In this document: one piece after another, positions 55,890-64,000 of the stretch
Position numbering within the stretch: position 1 is the first letter of the stretch
Layout of the letters: every line of letters starts with the position of its first letter
From: a virus
DNA length: 64,000 nucleotides
Virus record (IMG/VR): IMGVR_UViG_3300009084_000003
Coordinates: 325-64,324 of that record
Strand: one strand, 5' to 3'
Made by a program: the position numbers and the translations under genes
Notes under the pieces: generated by a model
Told to the model about the DNA's origin: nothing
What the model saw: only the letters and a program-made list of their open reading frames with translations
Databases searched by the model: none

Positions 55890-55895
55890 TATGTC
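55883..55895 (+). promoter_or_regulatory. GACGTAGTATGTC promoter/operator copy
   Basis: 3 nt before ATG 55899. Confidence 0.75.
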
Positions 55896-55898
55896 GAC

Positions 55899-56204
55899 AT
55901 GCAGTCGCAGATCGGCCCCGTCAACGTCAAGGTGTTCTCCGGCCTCGAACCTGACGGTGAGGAGTACAAGCGCTGCCGCATCTCGTTCCTGGGATCGAAC
56001 CCAGTGACAGCGAAGATGTGGAAGATGTGGGACGGCCGCTGGCTTGAAGTCGACACGCTCACCCACGCCTCGGTCGTTGAGAAGGGTAAGGATTCCATGA
56101 TTGTGGGTACATCAAAGGCGCTGACCGTCGAGGTCGGTCTCAGTTCTAGCAACGCCCAGGTGCGTTGGGAAGTGGAGTACGTCGGGTGTCGCAACTGCAA
56201 CTGA
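55899..56204 (+). CDS. hypothetical protein
   Basis: leaderless start behind the motif. Confidence 0.65.
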   Translation: MQSQIGPVNVKVFSGLEPDGEEYKRCRISFLGSNPVTAKMWKMWDGRWLEVDTLTHASVVEKGKDSMIVGTSKALTVEVGLSSSNAQVRWEVEYVGCRNCN

Positions 56205-56491
56205 CCATCATTCTGTCGTTGGCCTGCTATCGGGTCACCCGGTTCATCGTCGAGGACACGCTCATCGCCGGGTTTCGTATCTGGCTGCACACCGTCATCC
56301 TGGGCAGGAAGCCCAGACTGTGGCGCGAGAAGCTACAAGAACTGATCTCGTGTCAGTTCTGCATCTCCGTGTGGATCGCCGGGGCCTTGGTGTCCATCGC
56401 CGACTACTTCGGCCCCGTCGCCCTGCCGGGTATTCAGTGGGCCGCGGTTGCTGCTGGTTCCATAATCATCTGGCAAGTCGTTGAGGAGTAG
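56186..56491 (+). CDS. DUF1360-like membrane protein
   Basis: LACYRVTRFIVEDT...LISCQFCISVW. Confidence 0.75.
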   Translation: MSQLQLTIILSLACYRVTRFIVEDTLIAGFRIWLHTVILGRKPRLWREKLQELISCQFCISVWIAGALVSIADYFGPVALPGIQWAAVAAGSIIIWQVVEE

Positions 56492-56500
56492 GGTCCACCC

Positions 56501-56935
56501 ATGAGCGAGACAGTCACCTTCGATGAGCTGATGGGCCGCGAGTTGTTCGTTGAGCTGGTCGCGGGCGGGGTTGCGCCGATCAACGCTGGCATCCAGGTGG
56601 GGTGGACGCCACGTCAGTTGAAGCGAGAGCTGGCCGACCGTGATTTCAGGGAGCTGGTCGACGCCGCGTCTGAGCGCCTGATCGGGTCGGTGGAGGAGAC
56701 GCTGGTCGCCGTTGCGAAGCGGGGGAATGTCGCCGCCATCACCCTGTTCCTCTTCAACCGCGCCCCCGACCGCTGGCGCGACGTGAAGCGCATCGAGATA
56801 AAGAACGACCTCACCATCAGTCTCGGCATGGTCGCCTCCGTGAAACAGGGGGCGCTGGAGCTACTGCGCGAGCAGGGCGTTGGGGCTATCCAGGCCCTAG
56901 AGCCGCCGATCATCGACGCGGAGGTCGTGGAGTGA
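56501..56935 (+). CDS. terminase small subunit (putative)
   Basis: HTH-like N-terminus, GNVAAITLFL; directly before TerL. Confidence 0.7.
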   Translation: MSETVTFDELMGRELFVELVAGGVAPINAGIQVGWTPRQLKRELADRDFRELVDAASERLIGSVEETLVAVAKRGNVAAITLFLFNRAPDRWRDVKRIEIKNDLTISLGMVASVKQGALELLREQGVGAIQALEPPIIDAEVVE

Positions 56936-58485
56936 CGCCCGAACAGGAGCACCTTCAACGCATCGCCCTACCCTCGAAGGTCGGCCAGCACATCGGCCAA
57001 GAGGTCTTCGGTGAGCCGTACATCATGTTCCCGTTCGTCGCTCACGCCGAGCAACGCATCGTCGACGCGATCATGGACACCGAACACGAACGCTACGTGA
57101 TCGTGAACGCCCCACCGCAGGTCGGCAAGTCGACCTACTGCGGCATCCTGCTGCCATTCTGGGTCACCGGCATGTTCCCACAGTGGCAGGTCATGTACAT
57201 CTCGTACTCCGACGACTTCTCGACCGCTCGCGGCAAAGACGTTCGCACCCTCCACAACTTGTACGGCAATGAGTTGTTCGGTTCGCGCATTGACCCTGAC
57301 TTCACGATGGCAACCGACTGGCGGGTGTCGGGCGGGCGAGGCGGGATGCTGTCGGTCGGTGTCGGTGGTCTTATCACTGGCCGACCGGGCCACGTCATCA
57401 TCATCGACGACCTCATCAAGAATGCCCAGGAGGCAGCGTCCGCAGCGACGAAGAGGGCGCACTTGGCGGAGTGGGATGGAACAATCAACCGCCGCATCCA
57501 GCCGGGCGGCACCGTCATCATTATTGCTACCCGCTGGGCAGAGGATGATCTGTCGGGCGCGCTGATTGAGCGCATGAAAGAGCCGGGCTACTCCGGCCCA
57601 CAGTGGGAGATCATTGAGTTCCCTGCGTTCGCTGAACCCGCCGACGACGTCGAGCTGACCGACGAAGAGTTGGAGCAGTGGCGTGACGTCATTGGCCGCG
57701 AGAACGGCGAAGTGCTCGACTGTCGGTTCTCTCGCATCCCCTCGCGTCCTCCCGAAGACTTCTTCACTCTCGTGCGCGCAGGCATGGACGGATTCGCCTG
57801 GTCGTGTCTTTACCAGCAGAAACCCTCCGCTCGTGAGGGCGGCATGTTCCCTGTCGTCAATTGGCAGTTCTACGAACACGCCGAGCTGCCGCAGATGGAC
57901 AAGCAGGTTCGCATCTGGGACTTGGCCGCGACCGAGGGGGGTGGTGACTGGACGGTCGGCACGCTGATGGGCAGGGCGGGTGACAAGTTCTACGTGCTCG
58001 ACGTCCAGCGGTTCCGCAAGAGTGCTGGCGGGGTGCAGGATGAGGTGAAGCGCGTCGCAGCGAGGGACGGCTTCAACATCAAGATCAAGTTCGAGGAAGA
58101 GAAGGGCGGCTCGGGCAAATCAGTCACCGAGGCGTACCGCCGCCTGCTCGTTGGTCACACCGTCGAACCCTCGAAGGCTGAAGGCGACAAGGAATCCCGC
58201 TGCACCCCGTACTCGTCGGAGCAGAACAAGAGGCGAGTGTTCCTTCCTCGCCCTGGCACTGCCGATTGGGATGTCAAGGTGTTCATCGAGGAGCACCGCA
58301 AGATGATGGGTGACGGTCGCCGCCCCAAGCACGACGACCAGATCGACACCGCCGCCTACTGCGTGTTGGAGCTGCTCGGCGCTGGCACTGTCGAGATGTG
58401 GTCCCCGACGTCAGGGTCGAACTGGATGACCGCTCAGCAGCAGATGGACCGACTAATAGAGGAGCGCTTCCCGTGGGAGGGGTAG
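56932..58485 (+). CDS. terminase large subunit
   Basis: NAPPQVGKST, IIIDDLIK, IATRWAEDDL, WDLAA, HDDQID. Confidence 0.95.
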   Translation: MTPEQEHLQRIALPSKVGQHIGQEVFGEPYIMFPFVAHAEQRIVDAIMDTEHERYVIVNAPPQVGKSTYCGILLPFWVTGMFPQWQVMYISYSDDFSTARGKDVRTLHNLYGNELFGSRIDPDFTMATDWRVSGGRGGMLSVGVGGLITGRPGHVIIIDDLIKNAQEAASAATKRAHLAEWDGTINRRIQPGGTVIIIATRWAEDDLSGALIERMKEPGYSGPQWEIIEFPAFAEPADDVELTDEELEQWRDVIGRENGEVLDCRFSRIPSRPPEDFFTLVRAGMDGFAWSCLYQQKPSAREGGMFPVVNWQFYEHAELPQMDKQVRIWDLAATEGGGDWTVGTLMGRAGDKFYVLDVQRFRKSAGGVQDEVKRVAARDGFNIKIKFEEEKGGSGKSVTEAYRRLLVGHTVEPSKAEGDKESRCTPYSSEQNKRRVFLPRPGTADWDVKVFIEEHRKMMGDGRRPKHDDQIDTAAYCVLELLGAGTVEMWSPTSGSNWMTAQQQMDRLIEERFPWEG

Positions 58486-58923
58486 CCACTTCGTCACTCG
58501 CTGGCCGTTGCGGGCCGTCTCCCATACCGGGGAGAGCAGCACGGACATCTTGTTCGGTCGCAGGTATGGGGTGTAGGCGTCGTCCCCGTCACCCCATGCA
58601 GGTATCTCCAACGCCCACCAGCCGAGAGCGCCCTTGCCTATCAGGGCTGGGTGGGTGTCGATGTAGTTCAGCGCCTTCGTGATTGAACGCAGAGCGAGAA
58701 CATACCTGCCTGCGACCTCGGCGCGCTTGCCCCCGTGCGGCCCGAACGAGTGGTCGATGAGTCGTTTCTGGATGTGGAGCCAGCAGGCATAGCTGACCTT
58801 GACGTCCACCCGCTCGCCTACCCATCGCACGTTCTGGCCGAGGGCCTCAACAAGAGCCGAGTCGTCGCCTGCCATCTCCATCACTGCGGCGTAACCGCGG
58901 CGGGTGAGGCGCACCCACTCCAT
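58453..58923 (-). CDS. hypothetical protein
   Basis: TGATG overlap. Confidence 0.6.
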   Translation of the reverse strand: MEWVRLTRRGYAAVMEMAGDDSALVEALGQNVRWVGERVDVKVSYACWLHIQKRLIDHSFGPHGGKRAEVAGRYVLALRSITKALNYIDTHPALIGKGALGWWALEIPAWGDGDDAYTPYLRPNKMSVLLSPVWETARNGQRVTKWLPLPREALLY

Positions 58924-59111
58924 CACCACCTCATCGCTTCCATCTCTTCGTACAGGTTGTCGAAGACCTCCGGCATGAAGCGAGCAAGGTGTCCAATGCT
59001 CGGCTGGTTCTCGGCCCCCAACACCACGCCGATCATGATGCCAATGTCCTTGTCTTTCCGCCCCCAGTCGCGCAGCCTCGACACCGCAGGGAGACGCTCG
59101 TCCTCGGTCAT
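58923..59111 (-). CDS. hypothetical protein (MTEDERL...)
   Basis: ATGA overlap with 59108..59296. Confidence 0.6.
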   Translation of the reverse strand: MTEDERLPAVSRLRDWGRKDKDIGIMIGVVLGAENQPSIGHLARFMPEVFDNLYEEMEAMRW

Positions 59112-59296
59112 GTGCGCCACCGCTCGAACCGGCGCATCGTTGAATGCTTCTGCGCTCGCTCGATCCTGTCGCCCAAGGCATTCAGATGGAGAACCCAGCA
59201 GCCGTACGCCAGCTTGCGCAGGGCGGTTTCGTACCAGACGGGATGGAAGATGTCGAACAACAGGCGTTCCTCGGCGGCATGGCTGAGGCCCTCCAC
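59108..59296 (-). CDS. hypothetical protein
   Basis: abuts the lexA-like gene. Confidence 0.55.
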   Translation of the reverse strand: MEGLSHAAEERLLFDIFHPVWYETALRKLAYGCWVLHLNALGDRIERAQKHSTMRRFERWRT

Positions 59297-59536
59297 TTAG
59301 ACCGCCTCCGTCAGCGCCGCCATCCCAGCGGCGGTGATCGTGATGGCGCGGGGTGCGTCGGGGTACATGGTGATGAGGCCCTTCGCCTGCAACAGCTTCA
59401 AGTTCGCGTTGGTGCTTGCCGGGGACGCCAGCCCGCAACCTTTGGCGATCTCACGCTGTGATGGAACGAAGCCGCGGGTGTCGACTGATTCTTTGATGAT
59501 GCGAATGATGTCCCGTTCGCGCTGCGTGATGGTCAT
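59297..59536 (-). CDS. LexA-like winged-HTH DNA-binding domain only (no peptidase)
   Basis: TQRERDIIRII...RGFVPSQREIAKGCGLAS...LQAKGLI...PRAI; 79 aa. Confidence 0.85.
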   Translation of the reverse strand: MTITQRERDIIRIIKESVDTRGFVPSQREIAKGCGLASPASTNANLKLLQAKGLITMYPDAPRAITITAAGMAALTEAV

Positions 59537-59838
59537 GTGTTGATCTCCTGTTCGGCGTGTGTGGTCGGAACGCTAGCGGGTTCAAGAAGCCGGTAGCAGT
59601 AGATGGTCAGGTCGTCCGTCTGGGTGACAACCTGCGGGGCGGGTGCTGTGTACAAGCGAACGTCCAAGAGTTCCCCGTCATGGGTGGAAAGTGTGGCTTC
59701 GAGAATCGCCGCCGTCCACGGCATCCGGTACACGGCGCTCCCGTTGTTGAGGTTGAGGCTGATGGGGAACAGATCGAACCGCCTGCCGCCTGTCGTCCTT
59801 ATCGTCAGCACGGGGGCGGTGAAGTAGTTGATGCTCAC
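59533..59838 (-). CDS. hypothetical protein
   Basis: GTGA overlaps. Confidence 0.6.
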   Translation of the reverse strand: MSINYFTAPVLTIRTTGGRRFDLFPISLNLNNGSAVYRMPWTAAILEATLSTHDGELLDVRLYTAPAPQVVTQTDDLTIYCYRLLEPASVPTTHAEQEINT

Positions 59839-60614
59839 ATCTTCACCTTCCGGGGCTTCGGCTTGCGGAAGACGAAGCACACGCTGTAGTTGTTGCGTGC
59901 GTGCTTCACCTTGCGCTCGATGCGGCCGGTGCCCTTGCACTTGTGGCAAACCTGCACCCCGACGACCTCCCCGACGACAACAACGGCCGTCTCTCCGCTG
60001 CCTCCGCACGCTTTGCATGGGCCGTCCTTTGGTTGGGCGCGCACGTCGCCGATATGGATGAGCATGTCGTGGATCGTCAACCCCATCGCCAGCGCAGCGT
60101 CACGCGCCCACCAGTCGCCGTCCTTACGGACGCCCGATGAGATGTACGGGGCGCACTTGGCGAGAATCAGCCCGCCGGGCTTCGTGATCTTCATGGCCTC
60201 GCGGAGACCGAGTTCGTTGTCGGCCTGCAATAGCTCGGGTGTGGTCGCTGCGTTCTCCAGCCCGTAGCGGCCCATGAAGTCCGGCAGCCCCGACGTAGCC
60301 CGACCCCCCATTGAAACGTAGGGCGGGTCGAAGACCACCACGTCGAACTGCTCGGTGTAACCGAAGGACGGGATGAATACATCGCGGTAGTCGGGCAACA
60401 CGCACAGCCATGCTGCCTGCTCATCCTGCGTTGTTTGCTCGGGAGTTTCGACGCACCCGATGAAGTCGCCAGGGTGCGTGTAGTGCGTCCACCACTTCCC
60501 ACCCCCGTAGGTGAGGTCGATCACTCGGTCGGTGGGTTTGATGTAGCCCAGCTCAACGATGTCCACGATCATGTCGGCGTTTGTCGGCCATTTCGTGGCT
60601 GCGGTGACGGTCAT
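59835..60614 (-). CDS. amino (N6A/N4C) DNA methyltransferase with zinc-finger insert
   Basis: VIDLTYGGG, VVFDPPY; CKACGGSG...CHKCKGTG. Confidence 0.8.
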   Translation of the reverse strand: MTVTAATKWPTNADMIVDIVELGYIKPTDRVIDLTYGGGKWWTHYTHPGDFIGCVETPEQTTQDEQAAWLCVLPDYRDVFIPSFGYTEQFDVVVFDPPYVSMGGRATSGLPDFMGRYGLENAATTPELLQADNELGLREAMKITKPGGLILAKCAPYISSGVRKDGDWWARDAALAMGLTIHDMLIHIGDVRAQPKDGPCKACGGSGETAVVVVGEVVGVQVCHKCKGTGRIERKVKHARNNYSVCFVFRKPKPRKVKM

Positions 60615-60835
60615 TTCAACCCCCGATCTTTCGGGTCACTCGACAGGGCGTATCTTGCGAGCCTCAGGACGCCGACGAACGTGATGAAAAGGCCAAGCTG
60701 CCAATGCCAAAACCACACAAACGTCCAGCCAACGACTGCCGACACCGCCGCGATAAGGACAAGTGAAGCTGCGGCCAATGCCCGACTCTCGCTTCTGCTA
60801 TCCAGGTTCCTTGTGAGTTGTTCTTTCCAGTTCAT
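60611..60835 (-). CDS. small two-TM membrane protein
   Basis: two hydrophobic segments. Confidence 0.55.
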   Translation of the reverse strand: MNWKEQLTRNLDSRSESRALAAASLVLIAAVSAVVGWTFVWFWHWQLGLFITFVGVLRLARYALSSDPKDRGLK

Positions 60836-60887
60836 TCCTTGGCCTCCCGGGTCAAAGTTATACACAGCGAGTTGGCTGCGGTGACGG

Positions 60888-61169
60888 TCATGGGATCACT
60901 TTCCTGCTGGTGTGAGCTGGGCGCTCCATCTCGACGATCGCATCTGCCAAGGCCATCAGCCGCCCCTTCGCCTTCGAGCCGGTGATCTGCACCGTAGAGC
61001 GAGCGGCACTGCCGAAGTAGATGAAGCCAATATTGTTGGTGTTCAACGACACGGACATGGCCGAGCGCGGCATGGCGAGAATCAGCATCCCGTCAGGGCT
61101 TCCAAGGAACAGTTTGCGTCCTTGCCACACCTCAACGGTCGAGTAGTCGTCTATCTGGATGAGTCTCAT
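60888..61169 (-). CDS. hypothetical protein
   Basis: ATGA overlap with RusA stop. Confidence 0.6.
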   Translation of the reverse strand: MRLIQIDDYSTVEVWQGRKLFLGSPDGMLILAMPRSAMSVSLNTNNIGFIYFGSAARSTVQITGSKAKGRLMALADAIVEMERPAHTSRKVIP

Positions 61170-61552
61170 TCCTTGGCCTCCCAAGTGAGCGTGATCGACA
61201 GCGAGCTGGCTGCGATGTCGGTGGTGAATGTTGGCTCGACGGTGTGGACGTGCTTCGAGTCGTCGTCGGGCCAGACGGCCGCATCGGTGAACCCATCGCA
61301 AATTGCTTTGACCGTCGGAAAGAAATTGTGAGGGTCGCGCCGTTGGTCCGGCTTGTCGGTGCCGAACGCCACCCATATCTCGACGGTGGCGTCGGGTGCG
61401 GTGTGACAACGGATGCGATGCTGTTTCGCCCACCAGAACGCTGCAGCGCGCCAGACAGAAACAGACCCGGCACGCTCGGACCAGTGGCCGCGATCATTCA
61501 TGTTGAGCAGCTTGTCGGGCTTTGGGACGGTGATCGAAAGGGTGGTGAGCAT
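61166..61552 (-). CDS. RusA-like Holliday junction resolvase
   Basis: RRDPHNFFPTVKAICDGFTDAAVWPDDD. Confidence 0.85.
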   Translation of the reverse strand: MLTTLSITVPKPDKLLNMNDRGHWSERAGSVSVWRAAAFWWAKQHRIRCHTAPDATVEIWVAFGTDKPDQRRDPHNFFPTVKAICDGFTDAAVWPDDDSKHVHTVEPTFTTDIAASSLSITLTWEAKE

Positions 61553-61932
61553 TAGAACGCCACCCCATCGTGATGTTGGAGTTGGTCCACCAGCCACAAC
61601 ACATGTGCCGCCGCGTCGGTGTCCATATCGCGCAGCACCACGTTCGTTGCTTCCTTCGTGCCGACCACCAGAGGGCTCGCGCCCGCCACGGTTGAGTGGC
61701 CCATGATGGTGACGCCGGAGGCATCCACGCACACTCGCCGTCCGGGCATGATGTCGTGGTCAGGGAGCATCCAGAACCGTCGTATGGCTGCGTTCAGATT
61801 CCACTGCACCCACGTTTGGGTACGAGGCCCGTACTGGTGGGTGATGATCCACGGCCCGACCGACTCGTACTCGAACGACGGTGGGGTGGGAAGGGGAAGT
61901 TGCGCTCGGTCGGTCATTGGAGAATCCCCCAA
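61552..61932 (-). CDS. hypothetical protein
   Basis: TAATG overlap. Confidence 0.55.
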   Translation of the reverse strand: MGDSPMTDRAQLPLPTPPSFEYESVGPWIITHQYGPRTQTWVQWNLNAAIRRFWMLPDHDIMPGRRVCVDASGVTIMGHSTVAGASPLVVGTKEATNVVLRDMDTDAAAHVLWLVDQLQHHDGVAF

Positions 61933-62002
61933 AGCCCCCAGCCGATCACAAGGATGCAGGCGGCCATCAGGGCGACCATTGCCTTGCGGATGTACCTGAC
62001 GG

Positions 62003-62503
62003 TCATAGCTCTACTCGTTTCAGTGTGTAGCCGGTGTGTTGTTCCTCGAAGACGGCATCGAACTCGACGCCCAGCTCTTTGACCCCACCGACCTTCGGCA
62101 TGGTGGATGGGGAGACATACAGCCCCTCCATCAGTTCGACGGCTTTCGCCACCGCTTCCATCGGGCTGACGTCGCCAGTGTCGCGGTCCAACACCGCGTC
62201 GATAGCGACCTGATTGACGAGCAGGCGAATGGCTGGCATGTTTGGGCGTTTCTTGAACTCTGCCTTCTTCGACCACGCAGTCGTGTTGCCCTTGCCGTCG
62301 GAGACAAGGATGGGCTGTTCGATCTGCGAGATCGCCCGAGATTCAAGGAACGCAATGGTGTTGCCGAGCGCCTTGTAGACCTCGCGTGCAGCGTCCAACA
62401 GGACCACCGACTGCTCGGCCGAGAGCGTGCCCGACAGGTCGGTCAACCCTTCGGCCACGTCTTTCATGGCCAGCAGGTCAGCGACCCCGATGTCGTAGCT
62501 CAC
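62003..62503 (-). CDS. hypothetical protein
   Basis: coding-like composition; GTG start at 62503. Confidence 0.65.
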   Translation of the reverse strand: MSYDIGVADLLAMKDVAEGLTDLSGTLSAEQSVVLLDAAREVYKALGNTIAFLESRAISQIEQPILVSDGKGNTTAWSKKAEFKKRPNMPAIRLLVNQVAIDAVLDRDTGDVSPMEAVAKAVELMEGLYVSPSTMPKVGGVKELGVEFDAVFEEQHTGYTLKRVEL

Positions 62504-62585
62504 GACGCCACCATCCTGACTACGAGCATCAAGACGAGGCCCATCAGGGCGGCACCGAAACACATGGAGGCGAAGGAGATGCGGC

Positions 62586-62954
62586 TCACTGCTTCTCCCG
62601 TTCGATGCGATCAACAACCGCAGTTGCCCAACGCAACGACACGCCGACCTCGTCAGCGACGAGCACCAGCTTCGAGCGTTTCTTGCCGGTGTCCTTGTCG
62701 TCCCACTCTTCCTGCTTCACCCGGCCGGTGCAAACCACCCGAGTGCCTTTCGCGCAGGAAGCGGCGACGTTCTCAGCGAGAGCGTTCCAGACGGTGACGT
62801 CCCACCAGGCGGTCTCTTCGACCCACTCTTCCTGCTTCTTGTAGCGGTGAGACACCGCAACAACGAGAGACGCAATCGCGTGCCCGTTGTTCGTGAACCG
62901 TAGCTCCGGGTCTTTGCCCAGCGATCCGACGATGGTGACCATTGAGTCACTCAT
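62586..62954 (-). CDS. ssb: single-stranded DNA-binding protein
   Basis: VTIVGSLGKDPELRFT...KGTRVVCTGR...ADEVGVSLRWA. Confidence 0.95.
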   Translation of the reverse strand: MSDSMVTIVGSLGKDPELRFTNNGHAIASLVVAVSHRYKKQEEWVEETAWWDVTVWNALAENVAASCAKGTRVVCTGRVKQEEWDDKDTGKKRSKLVLVADEVGVSLRWATAVVDRIEREKQ

Positions 62955-62966
62955 GTTGCCTTCTTT

Positions 62967-63173
62967 CTATTCGTGGTAGGTGTTGAAGCCGTGGTCGAAG
63001 TCGGCCTTGTCGTCGACGTCGGGCCGCAAGCGGACGAGGGCGGGTTTGTCCAACATCGCGACGATCATCCGAGCCGCCGTGTAGTCGGGGTGTGGCCCGC
63101 CGGACAGGTACTCGTTCTTGAGGGCGACGACGATGATGTTGACCTCGTCGTCGGTGAGGTTGTAGAAGTTCAT
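62967..63173 (-). CDS. hypothetical protein
   Basis: SD AGAAAGAAGG-like region downstream; ATGA overlap. Confidence 0.6.
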   Translation of the reverse strand: MNFYNLTDDEVNIIVVALKNEYLSGGPHPDYTAARMIVAMLDKPALVRLRPDVDDKADFDHGFNTYHE

Positions 63174-63334
63174 GATTTCTCCAACTGGAACTCGATGTCG
63201 TCCAGGTAGGGGCTGAGCCGATGGAGGAAGTGTTCGTAGCCCCCGTCGGAGAGGCCCATGTCATGGGAGAGGTCGATGTGTTCCTCTTCCCACCCGTCGG
63301 TGTCGATGATCGCTGTGACTTTTATGCGTGCCAT
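63170..63334 (-). CDS. 54-aa hypothetical protein (not in ORF track)
   Basis: MARIKVTAIIDTDG...; overlaps at both ends. Confidence 0.6.
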   Translation of the reverse strand: MARIKVTAIIDTDGWEEEHIDLSHDMGLSDGGYEHFLHRLSPYLDDIEFQLEKS

Positions 63335-63516
63335 TAGAAACATTCCTCCTTGTCAGCGTGGTTCGTGCAGTAATACTCGGTGCCGCCTACACAGATGGGG
63401 GCTGGCAGGTTGCAGAGCGCCCCGTCTTCTAGTTCGGCGTCGCAGGCTGCTGCGACGCCGTTCTCGTTGCGGGGGAGCGGCAGCCACTCGTAGTGGGTGT
63501 GCTTGTACTTCGTCAT
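63334..63516 (-). CDS. small Cys-rich protein
   Basis: CDAE...CNLP...YYCTNH. Confidence 0.6.
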   Translation of the reverse strand: MTKYKHTHYEWLPLPRNENGVAAACDAELEDGALCNLPAPICVGGTEYYCTNHADKEECF

Positions 63517-64000
63517 TGGAGGGCCTCTAATCCCAATTCGTCCGCGGTCGGCTCCGGGGTGGAGCCAGCGGTGAGTTGGATGAAGGCGAGCAGGTCGTCG
63601 GCCTTGTCGCCGGAGCGCATCACGTTGCCGACGCCGAGGTTGTCTTTGGCGTGGGTGCTGACGATCTTCTTCGTGTCGGCGTCGAGCGTCGAGAACAGGG
63701 CTGCGACTTCCTGGGCGGGCGAGAGTTCGCGTGGCCCCTCGATATCGGCGCGAGCGCGGTCACGGTCGCTGGCGGCGCGAGGCCGGTCGCCTGCGGCGTC
63801 ACGTTCGTGGGTGATGCCGTCCGTGTCGTCGTCGGGGTCACCGATGCAGAGCAGACGTAGGAGCAGGTTCTTGAACGCCCCTGTCATCGCCTTGTTGTAC
63901 CCCTTGTCGGAGTTGTCTCGCCCCCACCCTTCGGTGCAGGCTTCAACCATCGAGCCGTTCGGGCCGTAGACCGCCCACTTGACGGTGACGAACGTGTCGC
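63513..64000 (-). CDS. ERF-family ssDNA annealing recombinase (5' end outside window)
   Basis: GWGRDNSDKGYNKAMTGAFKNLLLRLLCIGDPDDDTD. Confidence 0.8.
   Translation of the reverse strand, partial: DTFVTVKWAVYGPNGSMVEACTEGWGRDNSDKGYNKAMTGAFKNLLLRLLCIGDPDDDTDGITHERDAAGDRPRAASDRDRARADIEGPRELSPAQEVAALFSTLDADTKKIVSTHAKDNLGVGNVMRSGDKADDLLAFIQLTAGSTPEPTADELGLEALQ

Noticed and set aside
58923-59296. frameshifted single gene
   Set aside because: Explained by two genes with an ATGA overlap at 59108-59111.
1-64000. integrase, RT/DGR, inteins, tRNAs
   Set aside because: No recognisable motifs; helicase and terminase lengths leave no room for inteins. Lifestyle cannot be determined from this window.

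Overview
This 64-kb window is high-GC, gene-dense DNA from a tailed (siphovirus-like) phage of an actinobacterial host. The host call is inferred from a WhiB gene, actinobacterial SOS boxes and leaderless promoters. No integrase, tRNA, CRISPR array or reverse transcriptase was seen. Layout: 1-10.2 kb is leftward accessory genes, including an amidoligase/GATase/amidoligase cluster and a hairpin-rich ~620-nt non-coding stretch. 10.2-12.3 kb is a divergence region with nine tandem LexA/SOS boxes and an orphan gene bracketed by identical 26-bp palindromic repeats. 12.3-22 kb is rightward accessory and replication genes (DUF550, vWA, lytic transglycosylase lipoprotein, RHH regulators, initiator, GGQ release-factor domain, DnaB-like helicase). 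23-54.6 kb is the virion module: portal, protease, two capsid-like proteins, four glycosyltransferase genes, adaptor, tail tube, tape measure, minor tail proteins and lysis genes. 55-58.5 kb holds WhiB and the terminase. 58.5-64 kb is leftward LexA-like DNA-binding domain, MTase, RusA, SSB and ERF-like recombinase. The best leads are the SOS-box array with the peptidase-less LexA domain, a phage-wide GACNTAVTATGTC promoter/operator, an apparent AUU-initiated GATase, a frameshifting tail chaperone pair relocated to the opposite strand, and several structured non-coding regions. All family calls come from motif recognition by eye; no database search was run.
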